Below, one piece after another: positions 15,303-22,254 of a stretch of 29,934 bases of DNA. This stretch comes from a virus. Its lineage: Duplodnaviria > Caudoviricetes. The notes under the pieces were generated by a model. It was not told the DNA's origin and ran no database searches. It saw only the letters and a list, made by a program, of their open reading frames with translations. The stretch lies in the IMG/VR virus record IMGVR_UViG_3300036773_000159, positions 1 through 29,934 of that record. One strand, given 5' to 3'. The translations under genes and the position numbers were made by a program. Numbering within the stretch: the stretch's first letter is position 1; each line of letters opens with the position of its first letter.

Positions 15303-17222
15303 TCATGAGACTCGCTTCCAGGCGCCCGGGTCCTCGCCGCGGAGGAACGACCGGCCCGCGTCCGTGAGCTGGTAGCGGTAGTCCTCCAGCCGGTGGACCA
15401 GGCCGGCCTCGCCGTGGCCGTTGAGCCGGCGGTACACCTGGGCCTTGCTGAGCCCGGATGCGTCGACCAGCTCGGGAACGACCTTCATCGGCCCGTCGAG
15501 CAGGGCGGCAAGCACGCGGTCGGCCGGCGCGCTGGTGATGCTGACGGCGTCGATGACCGGCGCGTCCACGCCCATCAGCGCCGCCCAGGCCGTCGGCTCC
15601 GCGCATTTGCGCAGCTTGGCGGCGGCGGCGGCCTGCTTCTTCCGCTGGCTCTTCGGGACCCAGTACCCCTTGGTGACCTCGGGAACCGTGTGGTCGTCGT
15701 CGCGGATGCGGAACTGCCCCTTGCTCAGGTCGGTGCTGGTCCAGCCCAGGCGCTCGCCGATGCTCCACAGGTTGCGGGACTGTCCTTCGTCGAGAGCCAG
15801 GCCGAAGGTGGTCCGGAGCTGGGCCTGGAACTCCTTCGAGCCGTTGTCCTCCTTGGTGGCGTTCTGGGCGCCCTCGATCAGGATCGTCCCGGTCTTCGCC
15901 GCCTGCTTGGCGATCCGGTCGAGCAGGCCCACGACGTACTTGAAGTACGACTTGGCGTTCGGCCCGTCGCCCATCTGACCAGCGGATTTGGCGGTGGTCA
16001 GCAGGTTGGGGAACTCATCGATGATCAAGAACAACCACGGGAACTCGTCGGAGGGCTCGAAGATGTCGTCATCGAAGTCGTCGGCGCCGATCGCGCGCTC
16101 CCGCACCTCGATGAACGCCAGCACCCGCTCCAGGAGCACGATCGCCTCGTCGAGGTTGGTCGCGACCGGCCGCGCGAATGCCGGCTGCCAGGCGTTCAGG
16201 GTTGCCCCGTTGGCCATGTCGATGCCGACAGCGATGGCGTCGGTGAAGGCGCTGATGTACATCATCAGCGAGTGGATCATGCCGGACTTGCCGGACCGGG
16301 TCTTCCCGTACAGGCCGGCGTGCTGGACGATCCAGCTGTTCTCTTCGCCGTCCGCCTTGATGCCGACGAGAATCCGGCCCTTCGTCTTGGCGATCGAGAG
16401 CGAGCCGGGGACCGGCGCCGGGTGCGGAAGCTCGTGCTTCCACGGGTCGCTGGGCAGGAAGGTCAGCCAGACGTACCGGGCGTTTCCGTGGTCCTCCCGC
16501 GGCTTGATCGCGCGCGGTCGCATCCCGTAGTAGCTCGCGAGCGGTTCCACGAGACGCGACATGTCCGCGAGGGTCAGCGCTTCCGCAAGCTTGATCTTCA
16601 TGATGGTGACCGGACCGCGCCCGTGGACCTCGACCGGCTTGGAACCGATCAGCGGTGCCAGCCGGCTGTTGGTCCGCCCCTCGTTGATCCGGCCCCAGCG
16701 CCGCGCGATGCGGTCCCCGCGGCCGGCCATGCGGACCCGTCGGTGGTACCACCAGGCGCCGCCGAATAGGACCAGTCCCACGCGCCACCACCACAGCGTG
16801 AGGTCCGACCCGCCCCAGCCGGACCGGATGAACAGGTACCCGCCGACAGTGGTACTGAGACCGGCGAAGTACCACCGCTCGATCTTGCGGTCCAGCACCC
16901 CGGCGCGACCGCGGTCCAGACCCGCCGGTACCAGCTTCGTGACGACGGCGGACCACCGGTCCGACAGCTTCGGTCCGAACCACGCGATGGTCCCGCCGGC
17001 GGCCGGTACCGCGAGCGCGAGCCAGCACCACGCGGGGAAGGTCAAGTTCCAGATGGCCGCGACCGCCCACAGGAGCGTGGCGGAGATGACCGGCGAGAGG
17101 ACGCGACGCCAGCGGAACACGAGACGCCGCCCGGTGCGACCGAGCTTGGCGGCTGCCCAGAGGGCGAACTTCACCCAGAGCACGTCACGGACGATGTTGA
17201 TCCCGCCCGGCTGCTTAGACAT
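15303..17222 (-). CDS. traB: FtsK/SpoIIIE-family DNA translocase, TraB-like (actinomycete conjugation)
   Basis: ATG 17222 with RBS AAGGAGG; N-terminal TM segments, Walker A GKTRSGKS, Walker B LIIDE, GAQ motif, C-terminal wHTH (ELVDASGLSKAQVYRRL); 639 aa. Confidence 0.85.
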   Translation of the reverse strand: MSKQPGGINIVRDVLWVKFALWAAAKLGRTGRRLVFRWRRVLSPVISATLLWAVAAIWNLTFPAWCWLALAVPAAGGTIAWFGPKLSDRWSAVVTKLVPAGLDRGRAGVLDRKIERWYFAGLSTTVGGYLFIRSGWGGSDLTLWWWRVGLVLFGGAWWYHRRVRMAGRGDRIARRWGRINEGRTNSRLAPLIGSKPVEVHGRGPVTIMKIKLAEALTLADMSRLVEPLASYYGMRPRAIKPREDHGNARYVWLTFLPSDPWKHELPHPAPVPGSLSIAKTKGRILVGIKADGEENSWIVQHAGLYGKTRSGKSGMIHSLMMYISAFTDAIAVGIDMANGATLNAWQPAFARPVATNLDEAIVLLERVLAFIEVRERAIGADDFDDDIFEPSDEFPWLFLIIDEFPNLLTTAKSAGQMGDGPNAKSYFKYVVGLLDRIAKQAAKTGTILIEGAQNATKEDNGSKEFQAQLRTTFGLALDEGQSRNLWSIGERLGWTSTDLSKGQFRIRDDDHTVPEVTKGYWVPKSQRKKQAAAAAKLRKCAEPTAWAALMGVDAPVIDAVSITSAPADRVLAALLDGPMKVVPELVDASGLSKAQVYRRLNGHGEAGLVHRLEDYRYQLTDAGRSFLRGEDPGAWKRVS

Positions 17223-17891
17223 GATCAAGCCTCCTTGGCCTGTGCGATGAGACGGAGCGCGCGACCGGAGCCGACCGAGTACTTCGCCATGACGGCGCGC
17301 TTCGTGGGAGAGGGCTGGTCCTTGATCCAGGTGACGATGTCGCTGTCGCTGTGGACCGTGGCGGAGGTGGTCCGCCGGACCGCGGGACTGGGGGTCCGCG
17401 CGGCGCTGGTCCGGCGCGCCACGCCGCGGTCCGCGAGCTTGGTCTCCAGCGATCGGACCACGTCGCCCCGGTCCGAGAGCTGACGGTCCAGTTCGTCGTA
17501 CGTCGGGACGTTGATCCTGCGGACCATCGGACCAACGGCCGGGCCTTCGATCGGACCAGAGCGGTCCAGGCCCAAGACGCGGTCCGGCAGAACGTAGCGG
17601 TCCGGCGGCGGGACCACGTGACGGTCCGCTTGCGGCAGTGCGGACCAGACCGCATCCCGGACCGCCGGATCGAACGGGACCGTTTGGTCCTCGGTACCGC
17701 TCGCGTGCTTGTGCGCGACGGCGAGCAGTGCCGCCAGCATGCCCGGCGGGACCGCGCCCAGGACCGCGCCCAGGACCGCGCGTTGCGTCAGCCAGTGATC
17801 TACGACATTCGCGACGAGCGACCCGAAAATGGCCGACAGCGCGAGCCACTTCGCCTGACGCGCCGCGGGGGACCGGCGGACCCACAGGTCC
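16612..17891. repeat. Dense dispersed GGWCC (GGACC/GGTCC) array inside coding DNA
   Basis: Manual count: 14 sites in 16612-16993, 22 in 17317-17690 and 6 more up to 17891; both orientations and several reading frames. Confidence 0.85.
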
Positions 17892-18067
17892 ATGCCGTAC
17901 GCGGCGACCGCGTCGAGGGTGAGCGGGAAGAGGATGGCCAGCGTCCCGAAGCCGCCGATGACGGCGAGGTGGCGGATCGACTCGAAGCTGATCGCGGCGG
18001 CGGCAGCGATGGTGAGTCCGGCGAAGATGCGAAGCCGGGCGACGGACAGGGCAGGCAGGCGGTTCAT
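17225..18067 (-). CDS. DUF2637 / Spd-like membrane protein with C-terminal HTH-like segment
   Basis: Four TM segments with SF..IRHLA..GGF...LFPLTLD, SLVANV.H and AVPP; C-terminus PTKRAVMAKYSVGSGRALRLI. Confidence 0.75.
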   Translation of the reverse strand: MNRLPALSVARLRIFAGLTIAAAAAISFESIRHLAVIGGFGTLAILFPLTLDAVAAYGMDLWVRRSPAARQAKWLALSAIFGSLVANVVDHWLTQRAVLGAVLGAVPPGMLAALLAVAHKHASGTEDQTVPFDPAVRDAVWSALPQADRHVVPPPDRYVLPDRVLGLDRSGPIEGPAVGPMVRRINVPTYDELDRQLSDRGDVVRSLETKLADRGVARRTSAARTPSPAVRRTTSATVHSDSDIVTWIKDQPSPTKRAVMAKYSVGSGRALRLIAQAKEA

Positions 18068-18077
18068 GTCGATCCCT

Positions 18078-18254
18078 TCAGTACCGGTCGCGTCCGCTGG
18101 ACCAGCCGCCGCGCTTCCGGCGGAGGTGGTCCCGGACGAACATCGAGATGACGTACAAGACGATGAGGCCGGCGGCCACGAGGGGCAACTGGCCGGCCAG
18201 CGTGGCGACGATCCCCGCGAGGACCAGGCCGGCCACGAGCAGTCGTAGTTTCAT
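18078..18254 (-). CDS. Small membrane protein (58 aa, two TM, basic tail)
   Basis: MKLRLLVAGLVLAG...; ATG lies 7 nt after the minus-strand -10; first gene of the tra-like operon. Confidence 0.65.
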   Translation of the reverse strand: MKLRLLVAGLVLAGIVATLAGQLPLVAAGLIVLYVISMFVRDHLRRKRGGWSSGRDRY

Positions 18255-18261
18255 GAGTCTC

Positions 18262-18291
18262 ATCATCTCACCCCCCATCTTGGGGGTACAG
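18262..18291 (-). promoter_or_regulatory. Leftward (probably leaderless) promoter with box
   Basis: Minus strand CTGTAC-18 nt-GATGAT with extended TG; box ACCCCCCATCTTGGGGGT at 18270-18287. Confidence 0.6.
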
Positions 18292-18333
18292 GGCTAACGC
18301 CCAGATTGGCTCAAGAAAGTCTCCCCCAGGGGC

Positions 18334-18363
18334 TTGTGTCCCCCTATCTTGGGGGGATAGACT
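18334..18363 (+). promoter_or_regulatory. Rightward promoter with box in the spacer
   Basis: TTGTGT-CCCCCTATCTTGGGGGGA (18 nt)-TAGACT. Confidence 0.75.
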
Positions 18364-18391
18364 CGGTTTACACCCACCGAGGAGGACCCAG

Positions 18392-18616
18392 ATGGCGAAG
18401 ACCGAGCAGCCCACCTACACCGTCCAGATCACCGGGCTCTTCACCTTCCTGGAAGACAAGATGACCCCGGCGGACCTCAAGGACGCCCTGTACGACCTGC
18501 TCACCCGAACCACCCCGGTCCAGTTCGAGACCGAGAGCGTGCCGCCGGAGTACTGGCAGATCGAGCGCGACGGCGACACCTTCACCGCTTCGGAGTGGGA
18601 GGAGGACGACTGCTGA
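18392..18616 (+). CDS. Small acidic hypothetical protein
   Basis: RBS GAGGAGG; strong codon bias. Confidence 0.8.
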   Translation: MAKTEQPTYTVQITGLFTFLEDKMTPADLKDALYDLLTRTTPVQFETESVPPEYWQIERDGDTFTASEWEEDDC

Positions 18617-18622
18617 ACCAGC

Positions 18623-18650
18623 CGGGCGGGGGCCTCAAAGCCCCCGCCCG
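18623..18650 (+). terminator. 11 bp hairpin (terminator or processing stem)
   Basis: CGGGCGGGGGC-CTCAAA-GCCCCCGCCCG; no U-tract. Confidence 0.55.
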
Positions 18651-18656
18651 CTACCG

Positions 18657-18698
18657 GGGCCCGACCGGTGAGTGGAGGTTCGACTCCTCCCGGGTCCG
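18657..18698 (+). ncRNA. tRNA-like element (acceptor stem plus T-arm, no D or anticodon arm)
   Basis: GGGCCCG (18657-63) pairs with CGGGTCC (18691-97); T-arm GGAGG-TTCGACT-CCTCC (18674-90); 10 nt linker. Confidence 0.55.
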
Positions 18699-18727
18699 CG
18701 CAAGCACTCCTACCGAAAGCAGGCACC

Positions 18728-19351
18728 ATGACCTATCCCCAGCCCGTCCCGCCGAAGCCCAAGAAGAAGCACCGCGGCCTGAAGATCACCGGCGCTGTCG
18801 TCGGTGGCCTCGTTGTCCTGGGCATCGTCCTGGGCATCACCAGCGGCGGCACTCCGGTCGCGACCCCGACTCCGTCCACCGGGCTCACCTCCGTCTGCCC
18901 GGAGCCCAAGGGCGCGCCGACTCCGCCCGCCGACGGCAGCTCGGTGGCCTGGGACCCGTACACGTGCGAGTGGGCCAAGATCCCCGGCACCGCTGACGTG
19001 GTCTCCGTGGCCCCGGCTGCTCCCGCGACGCCGCAGTACGCGCCCCAGGTCGGGCAGGCCCGCGACTCCGCGCAGAGCTACTTGAGCTTCAAGGGCTTCT
19101 CTCGTGACGGCCTGATCAGCCAGCTGTCCTCGAAGGCGGGCGACGGCTACCCGAAGGACGTGGCAACCCAGGCCGTGGACAGCTTGAGCGTGGACTGGAA
19201 CGCCCAGGCCGCGAAGTCGGCTCAGGAATACCTCGACTTCACGTCGTTCTCGTGCAGCGGGCTCGTCAGCCAGCTGTCATCCAAGGCGGGGGATGGGTTC
19301 ACCAAGGCCCAGGCCACCTTCGGTGCGCACCAGACGGCGGCCTGCCAGTGA
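18728..19351 (+). CDS. Ltp-family cell-surface protein (superinfection-exclusion-like)
   Basis: N-terminal TM, Pro/Thr-rich linker, two repeats SAQ.YL.F..FS..GL.SQLSSKAGDG(Y/F)...A characteristic of Ltp HTH repeats. Confidence 0.85.
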   Translation: MTYPQPVPPKPKKKHRGLKITGAVVGGLVVLGIVLGITSGGTPVATPTPSTGLTSVCPEPKGAPTPPADGSSVAWDPYTCEWAKIPGTADVVSVAPAAPATPQYAPQVGQARDSAQSYLSFKGFSRDGLISQLSSKAGDGYPKDVATQAVDSLSVDWNAQAAKSAQEYLDFTSFSCSGLVSQLSSKAGDGFTKAQATFGAHQTAACQ

Positions 19352-19356
19352 TCCGG

Positions 19357-19398
19357 AGCCCGGGGGCGACTTCTCTTCCGCCCCCGGGCTTCATCTTT
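19357..19398 (+). terminator. Intrinsic terminator
   Basis: 12 bp stem AGCCCGGGGGCG / CGCCCCCGGGCT followed by TCATCTTT. Confidence 0.75.
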
Positions 19399-19424
19399 CG
19401 TACCCCCATTTCGGGGGGTAAGAT
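19396..19424 (+). promoter_or_regulatory. Promoter with box
   Basis: TACCCCCATTTCGGGGGGTA overlapping -10 TAAGAT (19419-24); the -35 is weak. Confidence 0.65.
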
Positions 19425-19455
19425 CTCGGCAAGACTTCCAGCAGAGGACACCGAA

Positions 19456-19713
19456 ATGATCATCAACCTGAGCTTGGCCGACCTGATCGTGCTGGTCGCC
19501 TTCTCCGCGCTCGTCGGGATGGCCCTGGGCATGGCCCTCTGGCGCCCGTCCCGCCGCGAGCGTCGTCAGACCGAGGCAGCGCTCCTGCTCCAGGCCACGA
19601 TGCGCGCCCGCGCCCAGCACCGGCTGGCCGAAGCCGCCAGCCAGGACCGGCTCGACGCCGCCCGGTACGCGACGGCGTTCCTCGCCCCGTTCGAGGAGCA
19701 TCGCCGTGGCTAA
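19456..19713 (+). CDS. Membrane-anchored hypothetical protein
   Basis: RBS AGAGGA; N-terminal TM helix. Confidence 0.7.
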   Translation: MIINLSLADLIVLVAFSALVGMALGMALWRPSRRERRQTEAALLLQATMRARAQHRLAEAASQDRLDAARYATAFLAPFEEHRRG

Positions 19714-20110
19714 GCACCGCATGACCTGGCGCACCCGGTTCCGCTCGTGGGTGTCCACGATCTCCCTCGCCTACTCCGGCACCTGGGCCCGGCCCGGCAA
19801 GCAGCCCAGTGCCGCCCAGTCCTACGACACCGACGGCACCAACCTGGTCCCGCGGGTCCAGACCCCGGCGCCCCGGCGCTACGTCGCGCCCCAGGACATC
19901 GAGCTGTACGAGGCCTCGATGGGCGGGCTCGTGTTCGAGTTCGAGCTGATGCCGGAGGAGCCTGGCTCGATCATCGATGCCGCCTACCGCGCCGCACACG
20001 AGCTGTACGGCGTCTACGCCGACTCCCAGCCCATCACCGATATCGAAGCCATGAACGGCCCTGCCCGCCGGGTCCTGCCCGTGCCCTACCCCAGGAGTGG
20101 ACTTCAATGA
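19706..20110 (+). CDS. Hypothetical protein
   Basis: RBS GAGGAG; high GC3. Confidence 0.7.
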   Translation: MAKHRMTWRTRFRSWVSTISLAYSGTWARPGKQPSAAQSYDTDGTNLVPRVQTPAPRRYVAPQDIELYEASMGGLVFEFELMPEEPGSIIDAAYRAAHELYGVYADSQPITDIEAMNGPARRVLPVPYPRSGLQ

Positions 20111-20457
20111 TCAGAATCCATGCGCCGTACGGGGGAACTACCTCGCTGAACTCGCGAGCCGTCGCCGCCCGGGTGCCCACCGACATGAACCCCGGCACCG
20201 GGTTCTCCGGCGCGCTGTGCGCCCAGATGAGCCCCGAGCTGTTCTTCGTCGCTGACGGCGCCAAGGTCTCCGACGAGGATCGGATGGCACGGGCCCTGTG
20301 CTTCCGCTGCCCGGCACGCGTGGCCTGCCTCCAGTTCGCCATCGACCACCCGGGCGACTCGCACTACGGCGTCTGGGGCGGCCTGCTGGAGCGCAACCTC
20401 CGATGGCTGAAGCACCAGCCCGTGCACGGCCCGGAGCGTCCCGGACAGGAAGGATGA
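20107..20457 (+). CDS. whiB: WhiB-family transcription factor
   Basis: ALCAQ..PELFF...CFRCP.RVACL...YGVWGG: four Cys and the GVWGG turn. Confidence 0.9.
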   Translation: MIRIHAPYGGTTSLNSRAVAARVPTDMNPGTGFSGALCAQMSPELFFVADGAKVSDEDRMARALCFRCPARVACLQFAIDHPGDSHYGVWGGLLERNLRWLKHQPVHGPERPGQEG

Positions 20458-20666
20458 TCATGTTCGGAATCACGAAGGCCTTCAGGCAGGCTCAGCGCGT
20501 GCTCGACGACGCGCTGAGCAGCGTGGAGCGCAAGCTCGACGACCTCGGCACGTGCGAGCAGTGCGGCCACTTCGCCGACGACGAGCCGCTGACGGCTTTG
20601 GCCGACTGCCTGTGCGACGACCCGCGGTGCGTCTGCAACCCGCTGACCAACGACGGAGGTGCCTGA
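20454..20666 (+). CDS. Small Cys-rich hypothetical protein
   Basis: ATGA overlap; CEQCGH...CLC...CVC. Confidence 0.65.
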   Translation: MIMFGITKAFRQAQRVLDDALSSVERKLDDLGTCEQCGHFADDEPLTALADCLCDDPRCVCNPLTNDGGA

Positions 20667-21063
20667 GATGGGCGACCGGATGAAGGGCAGCTGGCTGCCC
20701 CCGGAGAAGCCGGAGCACGTGTGCAAGCTGCCGTGGCTGTCCTGGGGCGTGAAGCCCGGGAACCGCTGGCAGTGCCAGCTCCCGCTGGGGGCCACCAAGC
20801 GCCCGTGCGGGATCGTCTGGCGGGTCGAGGTCGGCTGGGACGGCGAGAAGCAGTGGGTCCCCGACGAGCCCAGCGAGCCGGCGCAGCGTCCGGCTCCGCG
20901 CGAGCTTGCCCCGGTGCCGGACGGCGTGCGCCGGGCCGTCACCGCCGAAGAGCTGGACTACTGGATGTCGGACCACTTCAACGGCGAACCGCTCTGGGGC
21001 TCGAACTGGCTCTCCGTCGCGCGGTACCTGGTCGAGGCCTTCCACATCGAGAAGGACACGTGA
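20659..21063 (+). CDS. Hypothetical protein (start 20659 or 20668)
   Basis: HVC.LP...G.RWQC.....CG.VW motif; coupled to the next gene. Confidence 0.7.
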   Translation: MPEMGDRMKGSWLPPEKPEHVCKLPWLSWGVKPGNRWQCQLPLGATKRPCGIVWRVEVGWDGEKQWVPDEPSEPAQRPAPRELAPVPDGVRRAVTAEELDYWMSDHFNGEPLWGSNWLSVARYLVEAFHIEKDT

Positions 21064-21305
21064 GCGAGGACCAGGGCGCCGGTGCGCACGAGCAGCTTCA
21101 GCGTGCGACCGGAGCCGGGCTGCCCGCCGCGGTGAGCCAGATCGCCACCGTCTCGTCGACTGCGCTCGCGCTGCTCGATCTCCTCGACGCGTTGGAGGAC
21201 GACGACGGTCGCCAGATCTGGATGGTCGCCGGCGAGGTCGAGCTGGATCATTGGGTCGAGAAGGTGGTCCGCACCCGCGACGGTCTGCGCAAGCTGGTCC
21301 GATAG
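21060..21305 (+). CDS. Hypothetical protein
   Basis: GTGA overlap, RBS AAGGA. Confidence 0.65.
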   Translation: MSEDQGAGAHEQLQRATGAGLPAAVSQIATVSSTALALLDLLDALEDDDGRQIWMVAGEVELDHWVEKVVRTRDGLRKLVR

Positions 21306-21316
21306 GCTCTTCGCCG

Positions 21317-21353
21317 CGATCCCCCGCCGCGTCCACAGCGCGCCGGGGGATCG
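21317..21353 (+). terminator. Hairpin ending the upstream operon
   Basis: CGATCCCCCG ... CGGGGGATCG, 10 bp arms. Confidence 0.55.
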
Positions 21354-21356
21354 TCC

Positions 21357-21386
21357 ATGTCACCCCCACTCGGGGGGTGTGATACT
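21357..21386 (+). promoter_or_regulatory. Promoter with box driving the candidate sRNA
   Basis: ATGTCA-18 nt-GATACT with extended TG; box CACCCCCACTCGGGGGGTG. Confidence 0.65.
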
Positions 21387-21392
21387 CTTGTC

Positions 21393-21531
21393 GTGCTGGT
21401 GGGAACACGGGCCCCAGTAGCCAGGCTTAGGACCAGGGATACCTGGACACCGAACCCGGCGAACAAGGCCCCCAGTACCACCGACCCAAGCAGCCCCGGT
21501 CGATCTCTCTGAGATTGGGCGGGGCTTTTTT
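21393..21531 (+). ncRNA. Candidate small RNA (~140 nt)
   Basis: Own promoter and terminator; 5' GTGCTGG-T-GGG pairs with CCCCCAGTAC (21469-78); internal CCAGG-GATA-CCTGG hairpin; poor coding bias. Confidence 0.55.
21492..21531 (+). terminator. Intrinsic terminator
   Basis: AGCCCCG-G-TCGATCTC-TCT-GAGATTGG-G-CGGGGCT followed by a T run. Confidence 0.85.
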
Positions 21532-21542
21532 GTGTCGTCTCT

Positions 21543-21570
21543 ACCCCACCTTGGGGGGAAGGATTAGACT
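21543..21570 (+). promoter_or_regulatory. Leaderless promoter with degenerate box over the -35 region
   Basis: ACCCCACCTTGGGGGGA then TAGACT (21565-70); ATG 7 nt later. Confidence 0.6.
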
Positions 21571-21577
21571 CGCCGGC

Positions 21578-21937
21578 ATGACGGATACCCAGGTCTTCAC
21601 CCCGCCGTCGACCGTGTACGTCGAGTACTGGCCGGCCACCGTCTTCAACCCCGAATCCGGCCAGACCCGGCGCCTGTGTCGGGTGTACCTGACCGACACC
21701 GGGATGCACGTCTTCTGGACGAAGCCCAGCACGGGCGAGTCGCCGCACTGGACCAGCGCCATCGACTTCGCCCAGACGACGCCGCCGAACCCGCACGCGC
21801 GCGCCATCGGCCAGGACATCTTCACCGAGGACGGCCTGGCGATCATCACGCCGACCGGCGGGTGCGGATGCGGCAACCAGCTCAAGCGCTGGGTGCCTAG
21901 CTGGGCCCGTGACTCCTCGCCCTGGCCCGGCCGGTGA
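21578..21937 (+). CDS. Hypothetical protein (CGCG motif), probably leaderless
   Basis: ATG at the predicted +1; strong codon bias; GGCGCG near the C-terminus. Confidence 0.75.
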   Translation: MTDTQVFTPPSTVYVEYWPATVFNPESGQTRRLCRVYLTDTGMHVFWTKPSTGESPHWTSAIDFAQTTPPNPHARAIGQDIFTEDGLAIITPTGGCGCGNQLKRWVPSWARDSSPWPGR

Positions 21938-22254
21938 TCCGCTACGTGGTGGCCGTGCGCTACGGGGTCAAGGGCGGCCAGAGCGCGTACGGGCCGTTCT
22001 TCAGCACCGGCGCGGCCCAGCGCTTCATCGACACCCTGGATCACGCGGACGCGCAGATCCTGCCGCTGAACGACCCCGAGGTGAAGCCCAAGGCGGAGCC
22101 CGCGGAGGTCGAGCACCTGACCGACGGCGGGATGCCGATCACCGAGTGGGAGGCTACGCCACTGCCTTCGCTGCCGTTGTCGCTGGAGCAGGCCGTCAGC
22201 GCCGTGAACGAGGCCTTCCGTCGAGTTCGCCTGAACCGGCGGGAGGGCCAGTGA
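21934..22254 (+). CDS. Hypothetical protein
   Basis: GTGA coupling at both ends. Confidence 0.7.
   Translation: MIRYVVAVRYGVKGGQSAYGPFFSTGAAQRFIDTLDHADAQILPLNDPEVKPKAEPAEVEHLTDGGMPITEWEATPLPSLPLSLEQAVSAVNEAFRRVRLNRREGQ

Noticed and set aside
17223-17885. N-terminal extension of the 860 aa FtsK ORF
   Set aside because: Overlaps the DUF2637 gene out of frame; a strong RBS precedes ATG 17222.
17317-17891. CRISPR array or tandem repeat explanation for the GGWCC region
   Set aside because: The motif is only 5-7 bp, irregularly spaced and in both orientations; no 23-47 bp repeats with spacers. The one tandem unit (GGACCGCGCCCA, 17749-17780) simply encodes AVLG-AVLG-AV.
18623-18702. Complete tRNA or tmRNA gene
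   Set aside because: No D or anticodon arm between acceptor and T-arm, no tag reading frame and no CCA; reported only as a tRNA-like element.
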